Positions 16,304 through 24,998 of a DNA stretch of 24,998 nt are shown in pieces. Origin of the DNA: Candidatus Poseidoniaceae archaeon (GTDB lineage Archaea; Thermoplasmatota; Poseidoniia; Poseidoniales; Poseidoniaceae). Below the pieces are notes generated by a model, which saw only the letters and a list, made by a program, of their open reading frames with translations, made no database searches and was not told the origin of the DNA. Position 1 is the stretch's first letter, and every line of letters starts with the position of its first letter. The stretch covers positions 1-24,998 of the forward strand of contig CBFIJH010000003.1 of assembly GCA_965662895.1 (NCBI GenBank), in the 5' to 3' direction. A program made the position numbers and the translations under genes.

Positions 16304-17122
16304 ATGCCCGAAGGACCTGAGATTCATCGGGCTGCAAACACCATTCGCCGAGCGCTTGAAGGTCAAATCATTACACATGCAGAGTGTCCCTATGCAACCA
16401 TCCGTGGGCAGGAGCATCGATTTCTAGGAAAGGAGGTTCTCAGAGTGAAAGCCCGGTCAAAGGCGATGCTCATCTACGTCGGTGACGACGTTTTGTACAG
16501 TCACAATCAATTGTATGGTCGATGGACTGTTCAAAAGAAGACGAGCAAGGAGCGCAAAACAAATCGGTCGTTACGAATCCGGCTGGAAACGAACACACAC
16601 GTAGCATGTTTGTGGTCTGCGACAGACATTGAACTTCTTGAGCCTTGGGAGGTTGAACAACATCCCTACATTGCTCGACTTGGTCCAGATGTTGCCGACC
16701 AGGAAATCGAACACAATTCTGTTCTTGAACAAATCCAGAATACAAAATTCGGAGGTCGTCAATTATGTCATCTTCTTCTCGATCAATCGTTCTTGGCGGG
16801 TGTCGGAAACTACCTTCGAAGTGAAATTCTCTTCAGTGCAGGACTCCATCCCACTCGGAAATTGAAGTCGCTTACCGAAGATGAGCAATCACGTTTTGCA
16901 CATTCTACAATTTCAACAACACAACTTGCCTACAAACAAAAAGGTGTAACGGTCGACAAGGAACTCTACGATCTCTTGCGCGAACAAGGACTGTCTCGTC
17001 GCCAAGCACGGCATTATGTTTTCACAAGGGACGGATTAAATTGTCACACGTGCCACGATCTTATTACCCACACACGACTAAGCGGTCGTCGTTTGGATTA
17101 TTGCGGGCGTTGCCAACTCTGA
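16304..17122 (+). CDS. nei: Fpg/Nei-family DNA glycosylase (endonuclease VIII-like)
   Basis: N-terminal MPEGPE, LLLDQSFLAGVGNYLRSEILF (H2TH), C-terminal CHTC...CGRCQ zinc finger. Confidence 0.9.
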   Translation: MPEGPEIHRAANTIRRALEGQIITHAECPYATIRGQEHRFLGKEVLRVKARSKAMLIYVGDDVLYSHNQLYGRWTVQKKTSKERKTNRSLRIRLETNTHVACLWSATDIELLEPWEVEQHPYIARLGPDVADQEIEHNSVLEQIQNTKFGGRQLCHLLLDQSFLAGVGNYLRSEILFSAGLHPTRKLKSLTEDEQSRFAHSTISTTQLAYKQKGVTVDKELYDLLREQGLSRRQARHYVFTRDGLNCHTCHDLITHTRLSGRRLDYCGRCQL

Positions 17123-17436
17123 TCATCATCAACATAGACTTCGATTTTGAAGGACTCTCCTTGGTGTCCCCAATGGCAGATTCCTGGTTGTTCGCCATGA
17201 ATCATGAAGTATTTGGTTTGGAATCCGTGACCAAGGCTTGCATGTTCCCGTTCAAATACGATGCGAATTCTTTCACTGTATCCTCCAAACGCATCGACAC
17301 CTACGTTTGCAGGAATTCCGTCGACAAGTGCGGGACGTAGTTTATACGGAGTGCCATCGCTAGGATTCATAGCGTGACTGCCGTTTGGTACGATTAAATC
17401 TTCTTCTTTTGCTGGACGTGTTATTCTTTCTGACAT
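17098..17436 (-). CDS. Hypothetical protein
   Basis: GGTGAG SD before ATG 17436; protein-like composition; 25-nt convergent overlap with nei. Confidence 0.65.
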   Translation of the reverse strand: MSERITRPAKEEDLIVPNGSHAMNPSDGTPYKLRPALVDGIPANVGVDAFGGYSERIRIVFEREHASLGHGFQTKYFMIHGEQPGICHWGHQGESFKIEVYVDDDQSWQRPQ

Positions 17437-17555
17437 TGTCTCACCAATGTAGGACAAACATAGGAACTTAATAAACCCGGCGACTTATTAAAAAATTAGA
17501 ACAACCAGACATTGCGACCGCTTTCCTCATAGGGTGTCTCGTTCACCCAATCGGC

Positions 17556-18896
17556 ATGGGTTTCTCGAAAGTCCTCATTGCGAACCGTGGTGAAATAGCG
17601 CTTCGAATCATGCGTACGTTGCGAGACATGGGTATCGAAGCAGCGATTATCTACGGAAAAGAAGACCGATTGTCCTTACCAGTTCAGCTTGCAGATGATG
17701 CTACATTTAGGGATGTGATCAATCCACTTGACGCATACTTGGACATCGAAGCGGTTGTCCAGGCTGCGAAAGATATGGGTTGCGATGCAGTCCATCCAGG
17801 TTATGGATTCCTCGCAGAAAATGCTGGTTTTGTGAAGCGACTTGAGGAGGAAGGAATCACATTCATTGGTCCAAGCGCTGATGTCATTACATTGCTTGGA
17901 GATAAAATCGAGGCCAGGGCTGCGATGGAAGCCGCAGGCTTGCCGACTGCAAAAGGGTCTTCAGAACCTATTTCAGAGGCTTCCGTAGCCTCGGCCTTGG
18001 CCGATGAAATCGGCTATCCTGTCATCATCAAAGCAGCCGCCGGGGGTGGGGGAATCGGCATGCAAATCGTTGAACAGGAAAATGAATTTGAAAGCGCCCT
18101 CAAACTTTGTCAGTCGAGAGCGAAGTCGGCATTTGGAGACGACCGTGTCTTTGTTGAGAAGTACATTCAAGGTGCTCAACATGTTGAATTTCAGGTGCTT
18201 GCTGATGGTAAGAATGCCATCCATTTCGGTGAGCGCTTTTGTTCGATTCAGCGTCGTCATCAGAAACTTGTCGAAGAAGGCCCATGGCTGACTCCAGAAA
18301 AGCGACATGAAATTGGATCCTTGGTTTGCAAAGGCGCAGAATCTGTTGGATACAAAGGTCTTGCAACCTTTGAATTCTTACGAGATGCGAACGGTGATTT
18401 TTACTTCCTCGAGGTCAATCCCCGTGTTCAAGTCGAACATACCGTCACCGAATTGATTACCGGACACAATCTCGTCGAACTTGGCATTCGTGTTGCTCAG
18501 GGCGAGGCATTACCGCTTACACAAGAGGAAATCACATGGCGAGGTCACAGCATTCAATGTCGACTAAATGCCGAAGATCCGGCAGAGTTTATTCCAAGCC
18601 CTGGTCGATTGTGGGAGTGTCATTTCCCATCTGGATTTGGTGTTCGCGTCGATACGCATGCACATCCAGGGTACGAGATGCCAGGTTGTTTCGATTCATT
18701 GCTTGCAAAACTATTGGTCTGGGGTCGGGACCGTGAGGACGCAATTCGACGAATGCGCACAGCCCTGGACGAAACGGTCATTACAGGTGTTGAGCATTTG
18801 ATTCCACTGCATCGAAGGATAATGGATGAAACCGATTTCATGAATGGGGACATTACGATTCAGTACATCGATATGCATCAAGAGCTCCTCGGGTAG
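17556..18896 (+). CDS. Biotin carboxylase subunit (AccC/PycA family)
   Basis: KVLIANRGEIA, HPGYGFLAEN, KAAAGGGGIGM, CSIQRRHQKL, EVNPRVQVEH, DSLLAKL. Confidence 0.95.
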   Translation: MGFSKVLIANRGEIALRIMRTLRDMGIEAAIIYGKEDRLSLPVQLADDATFRDVINPLDAYLDIEAVVQAAKDMGCDAVHPGYGFLAENAGFVKRLEEEGITFIGPSADVITLLGDKIEARAAMEAAGLPTAKGSSEPISEASVASALADEIGYPVIIKAAAGGGGIGMQIVEQENEFESALKLCQSRAKSAFGDDRVFVEKYIQGAQHVEFQVLADGKNAIHFGERFCSIQRRHQKLVEEGPWLTPEKRHEIGSLVCKGAESVGYKGLATFEFLRDANGDFYFLEVNPRVQVEHTVTELITGHNLVELGIRVAQGEALPLTQEEITWRGHSIQCRLNAEDPAEFIPSPGRLWECHFPSGFGVRVDTHAHPGYEMPGCFDSLLAKLLVWGRDREDAIRRMRTALDETVITGVEHLIPLHRRIMDETDFMNGDITIQYIDMHQELLG

Positions 18897-18904
18897 GTGA
18901 GAGT

Positions 18905-19843
18905 GTGGATGTCCTCATCGTTGGAAGTATCGCTTACGACAGCATTACCTCTCCTCGAGGCTCATCGCTGAATACTCTGGGGGGTTCTGCAACATATGCT
19001 GGTTTGGCAGCATCCTTTCACGCCCGTCGTTTAAATCTCCATAACATTGGGCTTGTTGGTGTTGTAGGAACTGATTTCGGGAAAGAAGACTTTGCAACCT
19101 TGACCAATGCAGGCCTTGATACAACAGGTGTCGAGGTTGTTGAAGGTTCAACGTTTCATTGGGTTGGATCATACCACGGTAACATGGCTCAGGCTGAGAC
19201 GCATGAAACACACCTCAATGTGTTTGAGACCTTCCAACCCAAGGTTCCTGAGCATGGTGCCTCATCAAAAGTAACGTTTTGTGCCAATCTCCACCCTTCC
19301 ATACAATTGTCTGTGCTCGATCAATCCAGTCCAACGCGTACAACGATGCTTGATTCGATGAATCTATGGATCAACATTGCACATGACGAGTTGCTTCAAG
19401 CCATGAAGCGTGTCGACATTGTCGTCATCAATGATGGTGAGGCTACTATGCTTGCAGAAACTGACAATCTTATTCAGGCTGCGAAGGATGTTCAAGCCAT
19501 GGCCGATATTCCAACACTCATCATCAAAAAAGGTGAACACGGGGTCATCGCCTTGCATGAGGATGAACTCATTGCATTACCAGCGTACCCTACAGATGCA
19601 GTTGTTGATCCCACCGGATGTGGAGACACGTTTGCGGGTACTATTGCAGCATGTCTCGCTGCAGGGAATGGACCTGTTGAAACGGATGAACTGCGCGATG
19701 CTCTTCTTCATGCTACAGTATCTGCAAGTTTCACATTGGAAGATTTTGGAACCAAAGGACTTCAATCCATGACCAATGAAATTTACCAACACCGATTGCT
19801 CAACTACTGCTCGATGACTGGTACATCAATCAAGTCGTCGTAA
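18905..19843 (+). CDS. PfkB-family carbohydrate/nucleoside kinase
   Basis: GGSATY, KKGEHG, DPTGCGDTFAG. GTG start after GGTGA SD. Confidence 0.92.
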   Translation: MDVLIVGSIAYDSITSPRGSSLNTLGGSATYAGLAASFHARRLNLHNIGLVGVVGTDFGKEDFATLTNAGLDTTGVEVVEGSTFHWVGSYHGNMAQAETHETHLNVFETFQPKVPEHGASSKVTFCANLHPSIQLSVLDQSSPTRTTMLDSMNLWINIAHDELLQAMKRVDIVVINDGEATMLAETDNLIQAAKDVQAMADIPTLIIKKGEHGVIALHEDELIALPAYPTDAVVDPTGCGDTFAGTIAACLAAGNGPVETDELRDALLHATVSASFTLEDFGTKGLQSMTNEIYQHRLLNYCSMTGTSIKSS

Positions 19844-21259
19844 TCCATGTTCACTCGTTTGAGCCGGTGCAGTTTCCTGAGACTCAGTCAAAGCACTGAA
19901 GGAGGATGGGACTGGGTTCTCATCTTCTTGCTGAATATGTTCAGTCATGATCCCGATCATTTCTTCATCGATTCCTTGTTCACGGAGCCCTGAAATTCCA
20001 TTGCGTACTCTGTTAAGAAGCGATGAAAATCTCCGAGGCTGTTCCTCTCCCGCATTGTTTCGTGTTGACGCAATTCGCTTTCTTGACGAGGTTCGCGGTT
20101 GAATTCGCTTGAGCTGACCCTTTGAATTTCGGCGAACTCGTGCAGATGTGTTCATCTGTGTAGGACGCTGATGTCCTGAACGAATCATACCTTGTTCAAC
20201 GAGTGAGAGTTCAGGCTCATTGTCAATCAATTCTGCGTTCATTAGAGGGAGATCTGGCGAAACAAACACATCTGCTGTGGAAGGCATGTGCTCTTCTCGT
20301 GCAAATTCATGGTTCTCGATGGGACGTATGAGATTGTCAGAGAGTGACGCTCCCCGAACATCTCTCGATTTTTCCATCGCTTCATGAATCCTTTGAGACG
20401 AGCTCATTTGATTTTGATGCATGGGGATTGGAAGTGGAGCATCCCCAATGAATTGGGTGTCGGGAAGTTGACCTGGGCCGGGGGTTGCATGCATGTCCAA
20501 CGGGCTGACATGCCCGCGTCGGGTTCCTGCATTTTCGATTCCTCTCTTCAAGATTCCATGCGCTCTCGGTTCGGATTCGAAACCAACCTCGCCTCTCTGA
20601 TTCATCGTATCCTTTGCCCATCGGGGAAGAACCTCATCAATTTCAAATTCTTCTTGTTCAGTGTTTGCATTTCCGAGGAAACTGGAGAGACTTCGGGCAG
20701 GCTCCAAATCCTCCATTGGTGCTGGCAATGATAGCGCAGCAGTAGCAGCGGCTTGTCTCGGGAATTCAGTATCTTCATTGAGAAAATCAACGCCTACTCG
20801 TGCTTCTTCAAGTGATAATCCGTCATTCATACGCTGAATCATGGTTGATAATTTGAGCAATCGAGAATCAATAGCATGCAGGACGTGGCAATCGCCAAGT
20901 TCAGTGTCGAGCGTGAGTGTTGGGCGTTTTGTCAGCACCCAGCCCGAGATCATCGTAAGACCAATTCCAAGCCCAATAAGACGGAGATTTGGAGGTGTAA
21001 TGACACGCCAGGATGCGTAGAGAATGCAGAATCCAACAAAAGCAATCCACCCGGGAATCAATGTCGTATTGTGGTGCTGCATGCGAACAATTCGGTCGTA
21101 GCGAATATCGATGCAATTTCCATTCTTGAATTCAATCGATAGGCGGGAATTTCCAAGGCTGGCTCTCGCTCGGCCGCTTTCACCTGCCACGCGTAAGCCG
21201 TGGAGAACCATTTTCTCCCCAGACTCCGCAAGGCGTTCGTTGCGCCCTCTCGTCTGCAT
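19826..21259 (-). CDS. Hypothetical membrane-anchored protein with long low-complexity C-terminal region
   Basis: Two hydrophobic helices (WIAFVGFCILYASW; LIGLGIGLTMISGWVL) inside a beta-rich N-domain, then a P/E/S/R-rich tail. Start uncertain (21343, 21259 or 21211). Confidence 0.7.
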   Translation of the reverse strand: MQTRGRNERLAESGEKMVLHGLRVAGESGRARASLGNSRLSIEFKNGNCIDIRYDRIVRMQHHNTTLIPGWIAFVGFCILYASWRVITPPNLRLIGLGIGLTMISGWVLTKRPTLTLDTELGDCHVLHAIDSRLLKLSTMIQRMNDGLSLEEARVGVDFLNEDTEFPRQAAATAALSLPAPMEDLEPARSLSSFLGNANTEQEEFEIDEVLPRWAKDTMNQRGEVGFESEPRAHGILKRGIENAGTRRGHVSPLDMHATPGPGQLPDTQFIGDAPLPIPMHQNQMSSSQRIHEAMEKSRDVRGASLSDNLIRPIENHEFAREEHMPSTADVFVSPDLPLMNAELIDNEPELSLVEQGMIRSGHQRPTQMNTSARVRRNSKGQLKRIQPRTSSRKRIASTRNNAGEEQPRRFSSLLNRVRNGISGLREQGIDEEMIGIMTEHIQQEDENPVPSSFSALTESQETAPAQTSEHGLRRLD

Positions 21260-21350
21260 CCCAGCGTGCAGTTCGCGCCACCTATTATCAATGCATCCCT
21301 TGCAAAGATGCCTGAAACAATCGTTCGGGGTTTTTGTTTCCAACGCCGAC

Positions 21351-22373
21351 TTATTCGACTTTGTTCAGTAGAGCACTGCCCATGATTCGAGGTTTTGAAT
21401 CAAGTTGTGCAATTAGAACTCCAGGCGCATCGTCGATTCGTTGCAAGAGCGGTGTCTCCCAACGAACTGTCATCTCACTTTCCGTAACCGATTCAATTCG
21501 ACCAACATTGAATTGCAGGTCAATGGATGCGTGAACAACATCACCGACAACAAGTTGCTTTTTTTGAAACGGAGAAACATTCAGCGTCATCGATGAAACG
21601 GTATGAGATTCAAGTGGCAATGGGCGGTATGTGTTGGTTTTCTTATCCTCAATTTCCGGGTGGACAATGAGACACGTACCTGACAAACTTTCCTCTTTTG
21701 CGTTACGCAGCGCAATACCTACTCTGTCACCAGCACCTGCTCGTTCAACATCGTCGTCCATGACCTGGAGAGATTTCACAGAACCAGCACCCCCATGCGG
21801 CAACATCGTCAGTTCATCATGAACCGATACGACTCCAGATTGTACGTATCCGATTGCGACCAAACCTATCCCTTTGACGTTGAAATGCTGATCGATCGGA
21901 ACGACAAGTGGCTGCTGTTCAATCGATGTTAGGAGTTCTGAGACGCTCTCCATGATTTCGAAAAATGCGCCTCGGAGTTCGACGCCTTCCCCTTTTTCGA
22001 AGGACCATTTTGAAAGGCCGGCTTGTTTGAACAAGGTCTTGACCATGTCCTCATCGATCCATTCTCCTTGTGGCGGGGCGATAACCGCCACACCATGCTC
22101 AATTCCAGCGCTAGAAAAAGCGACCAATGCTTCACCAAGTGTTGCATCGACAGCAGTAACTTCGATGAGTCCTGCTCGAGCGGCCGAGAGAGCATTGAGC
22201 AGTGGGCGGATTCGCTCGGGATATTTTGCCGGACGAATCAACGACAAAATTTTCGCTTGTTCATTGGCTGTTTCCTTGTGCACATAGGTGTGAACGTCAC
22301 GCTGGTCCGTCGGTTTTGCAAGTTCACGAGCGAGCTCATCACTTCCGACCATTGCAATGTTCAAAACGGGCAT
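21351..22373 (-). CDS. SelB-like/EF-Tu-domain protein (aSelBL type) with degenerate G domain
   Basis: Domain II signature PIDQHFNVKGIGLVAIGYVQSG...VKSLQVMDDDVERAGAGDRVGIALRN; no intact GxxxxGK[ST] P-loop at the N-terminus. Confidence 0.8.
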   Translation of the reverse strand: MPVLNIAMVGSDELARELAKPTDQRDVHTYVHKETANEQAKILSLIRPAKYPERIRPLLNALSAARAGLIEVTAVDATLGEALVAFSSAGIEHGVAVIAPPQGEWIDEDMVKTLFKQAGLSKWSFEKGEGVELRGAFFEIMESVSELLTSIEQQPLVVPIDQHFNVKGIGLVAIGYVQSGVVSVHDELTMLPHGGAGSVKSLQVMDDDVERAGAGDRVGIALRNAKEESLSGTCLIVHPEIEDKKTNTYRPLPLESHTVSSMTLNVSPFQKKQLVVGDVVHASIDLQFNVGRIESVTESEMTVRWETPLLQRIDDAPGVLIAQLDSKPRIMGSALLNKVE

Positions 22374-22399
22374 ATGGTTGCCCACCCGCCATTCTTTCA

Positions 22400-22873
22400 T
22401 CAATCCTCTTGTTTGGCTTTCCGTTTTGACAACATATTGTTGCGAATTTCTTGGGCAATAGCCCACTCTTTCTTTTCTTCATCACTGACTGGTTCGAGTT
22501 GTGGAATTGGAATCGGACGCATCATTGAATCAATGGCGACCATGAAGAAATATCCCTCGCAGATAACACGGGTTTCCCAATCGGATTTCGTCATAGCACA
22601 CGCTGTGACTTTGACGCCAGCCGTATGTGTGCTTGTGAAGACTACTCGGCCGGTGACCTCGATCAAATCACCTTGGCGAGCTGGTGCTTTGAAGGTCAAT
22701 GTGTCAATCGAAATGGTCACAAATTCCCGATGAGCAAATTTGGAGCATGCGATGCCTGCAGACTTGTCCATGACAGAGAGTAATCTTCCACCGAACAGAG
22801 TATCGTAGGAGTTTGTATCTTGTGGAAACACTTCTTCGATGAGGGTAACGGGTTCGGTTGAGAATGGTTTCAT
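22400..22873 (-). CDS. Acyl-CoA thioesterase (HotDog fold, YciA-like)
   Basis: VFPQDTNSYDTLFGGRLLSVMD, VTISID, F-x-MVAID...PIP. Confidence 0.92.
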   Translation of the reverse strand: MKPFSTEPVTLIEEVFPQDTNSYDTLFGGRLLSVMDKSAGIACSKFAHREFVTISIDTLTFKAPARQGDLIEVTGRVVFTSTHTAGVKVTACAMTKSDWETRVICEGYFFMVAIDSMMRPIPIPQLEPVSDEEKKEWAIAQEIRNNMLSKRKAKQED

Positions 22874-23018
22874 GCACGCACTATGCCTCCATCTGATATG
22901 AAGTCTTAGTGGGAAATGCAACAATTGGACGGATTTCATTGGTTTTTTGATGTACGGGAAGGACGACAAAGCGACGAGATTTTAGTACAGTGTTGATACG
23001 CAAGGGTTAGGTGACACC

Positions 23019-24998
23019 ATGGCCGATAAAAACCGACAAACAAAAATAGCGCTCTTTCTGGTTCTGTTGATGATTTTGACTCCATTTGCGAGCGGAGCAA
23101 ATGTGACTGATTTTAGCGCAGGGTCGAGCGAGGTTGAAATCGTCATCAATGATTCGAGCACATACTCGAATCTCGAGGATGGATCCATTGATTTGCCGCA
23201 GACCGAATCGATTACTGCAGCAACCATGGCAATTTCTTCCGATCCGGCCCTCCACATATCACACACTCGAATCGACTCGGAATCAAACGCACGGGTATGG
23301 AACCCTATCTTCAACGGCCTTTCGACCGATTTTTCCAACATTGGAGTATTCCAACTCGAAAACGGTTCTGTTTCGACACCTGTTTCACTAAAATCTGATG
23401 GCTTAGTGACGGACTTTGAAAAGGACTCGTCAGGATTTGTCGATGGATCATCATTTCTCGCTTCAGGTGATGCATGGCAACACGGCAGTTTGACTGATGG
23501 CTCCGTCATTCCTGCAAATTGTGCGTCAGGAGACATGTGCATGGGGACCGGGTTGTACGACACAGATTATTCAGATGATAACACCCAAAACGGCAACTCC
23601 CAGGGATTCTGGGAGATACTCTATTCTCCGACCCTCAACATGCGAACGACTCCTGTGAAGGATCCGTCGGTCTATTTTGATTCATTTCACCAATTGATGA
23701 CCTACACAAATGGGGCACAGAACCCAATCAATCGGTATGCAGACTGCGCATATGTCGAGGTCCGAACATCGAACGATCCTTCATTTGGGCCTGGTGAACT
23801 TGCTGAGACGACCGGCTGGTCACACATTGACATTGACATTCAAAATTCAACTGGTATCTCCTCGTTTTCGGGATATTACCAAGTTGGAGGCCAATTTGAT
23901 AACAATAGGATTGACGGCCGATGCAATGGTGTAAGCAACAATGACTACGCCCTAGGTGGAACATCAATTCGAACCCTCAACAACCCAACTGGTTGGGCAA
24001 ATCTAAAGATTGATCTGTCCCACATAGGCCCGAAGTACATCCAACTACGGTTTGTTTTGGAGCACAATAATATAAAAGAATCTGACCAATTTGGTTATTC
24101 CCTCGCCAATACAACGATGCAGGGATGGTACATCGATAATTTCAGGTTTGGTGATAAACTCCCTTCATCTGAATGGATGGAAATTCGGAAAATTTTCCCG
24201 TCGGACAGTAACGGAGTCAATTCTCCCAACGGTTACGGCCTATTGGTCGTAGAATCAGAAATAAGCCAATCAACTTCGCTATCGCTGGACATCATCGATC
24301 CTGTGACGACACAACCGGTAGTCGACAAGCATGGTGACCAACTAACGGGACTCTCGGGCTCAATCATTGAACTATGGGACATTAACTCATCCGAATATCC
24401 TGAAATTTGGTTGCGATTCACCTTCGATACAGGAGTTGAGCGATTATCCACACCCATTCTTTATGGGGTCTCTGTCGGTACGCGACTTGGTACAGATTTC
24501 AATGGTACTTTCGAAATGCCAAACCCTCCTGTTGGAGGGGTTTGGAGTCCTATGGGCCCCGGTGACTTGTTCACCTACGTGCCAGAAATTGAAGACAAAA
24601 CATTTACGAGTCCAGTGAAACGATCACACTTCAGCCATCCCATTGCTTCGATAACACCGCACGTTTTGGATGATTGTGCTGCGGAACCATTTTTCCTTGT
24701 GAACCTCGATTCCTATGCCATCCAAATGGAAAACAATACAACATATACACTCGGAACAGATTCAGGATTACCATCATCTGCGTTTGGCTTTGCTGCTGAA
24801 ATGTTTTACGATACTCCTTGCAATGTATTCAGTGTTTGGTTCGACCTTGAGTTTGCCCATTATGCTGAACAACTCGAAATCGATGTAGCAGGCGATGGAG
24901 ATGTCGAATATTCATTCACAGAACCAGCTTTCGACAGATTTGGAAGGCAAACCCAATTCATTACATCCAAAGATGCGAACAATGTCCACTATGGTTCC
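23019..24998 (+). CDS. Large secreted/cell-surface protein, 3'-truncated by the window edge (at least 660 aa; absent from the ORF track)
   Basis: GGTGA SD at 23010-23014, ATG 23019, signal peptide MADKNRQTKIALFLVLLMILTPFASG. My manual translation stays open to the window end. Contains W..IDL...YIQLRF...GWYIDNF, typical of MAM/cleaved-adhesin-like jelly-roll domains. Confidence 0.85.
   Translation, partial: MADKNRQTKIALFLVLLMILTPFASGANVTDFSAGSSEVEIVINDSSTYSNLEDGSIDLPQTESITAATMAISSDPALHISHTRIDSESNARVWNPIFNGLSTDFSNIGVFQLENGSVSTPVSLKSDGLVTDFEKDSSGFVDGSSFLASGDAWQHGSLTDGSVIPANCASGDMCMGTGLYDTDYSDDNTQNGNSQGFWEILYSPTLNMRTTPVKDPSVYFDSFHQLMTYTNGAQNPINRYADCAYVEVRTSNDPSFGPGELAETTGWSHIDIDIQNSTGISSFSGYYQVGGQFDNNRIDGRCNGVSNNDYALGGTSIRTLNNPTGWANLKIDLSHIGPKYIQLRFVLEHNNIKESDQFGYSLANTTMQGWYIDNFRFGDKLPSSEWMEIRKIFPSDSNGVNSPNGYGLLVVESEISQSTSLSLDIIDPVTTQPVVDKHGDQLTGLSGSIIELWDINSSEYPEIWLRFTFDTGVERLSTPILYGVSVGTRLGTDFNGTFEMPNPPVGGVWSPMGPGDLFTYVPEIEDKTFTSPVKRSHFSHPIASITPHVLDDCAAEPFFLVNLDSYAIQMENNTTYTLGTDSGLPSSAFGFAAEMFYDTPCNVFSVWFDLEFAHYAEQLEIDVAGDGDVEYSFTEPAFDRFGRQTQFITSKDANNVHYGS

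Noticed and set aside
22982-23563. 193-aa minus-strand ORF and other short ORFs in 23000-24700
   Set aside because: Shadows of the long plus-strand secreted-protein gene starting at 23019.

Overview
Gene-dense archaeal chromosomal window. It is most likely from Marine Group II Euryarchaeota (Ca. Poseidoniales), which is an inference from archaeal markers (Orc1/Cdc6, archaeal PPAT + DUF359, a SelB-like factor, GGTGA/GGAGG Shine-Dalgarno sites, DUF3860) mixed with many bacterial-type enzymes. About 24 CDS: DEAD-box helicase, moaC/moaE, FAD oxidoreductase, enoyl-CoA hydratase, class I aldolase, DUF2892, DUF3860, an 839-aa wHTH protein, a PPAT-dephospho-CoA kinase fusion, GT2, a membrane protein, cdc6, an MBL hydrolase, a CysJ-like reductase, a small wHTH protein, Nei, biotin carboxylase, PfkB kinase, a SelB-like protein, an acyl-CoA thioesterase, two hypotheticals, and a large secreted protein that runs off the right end and is missing from the ORF track. 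The most striking unexplained element is a ~316-nt intergenic stretch (9332-9647). It folds by eye into a nested multi-branched RNA with two C(UUCG)G tetraloops and an alternative-pairing 8-mer, ends 24 nt before the CoA-synthesis fusion gene, and lacks SRP and RNase P signatures. The cdc6 upstream region has a perfect 18-bp palindrome, a 5-codon uORF and G-string repeats (candidate origin or regulatory region). I saw no tRNA, rRNA, CRISPR array or transposase. All family calls come from motif recognition; no database searches were run.
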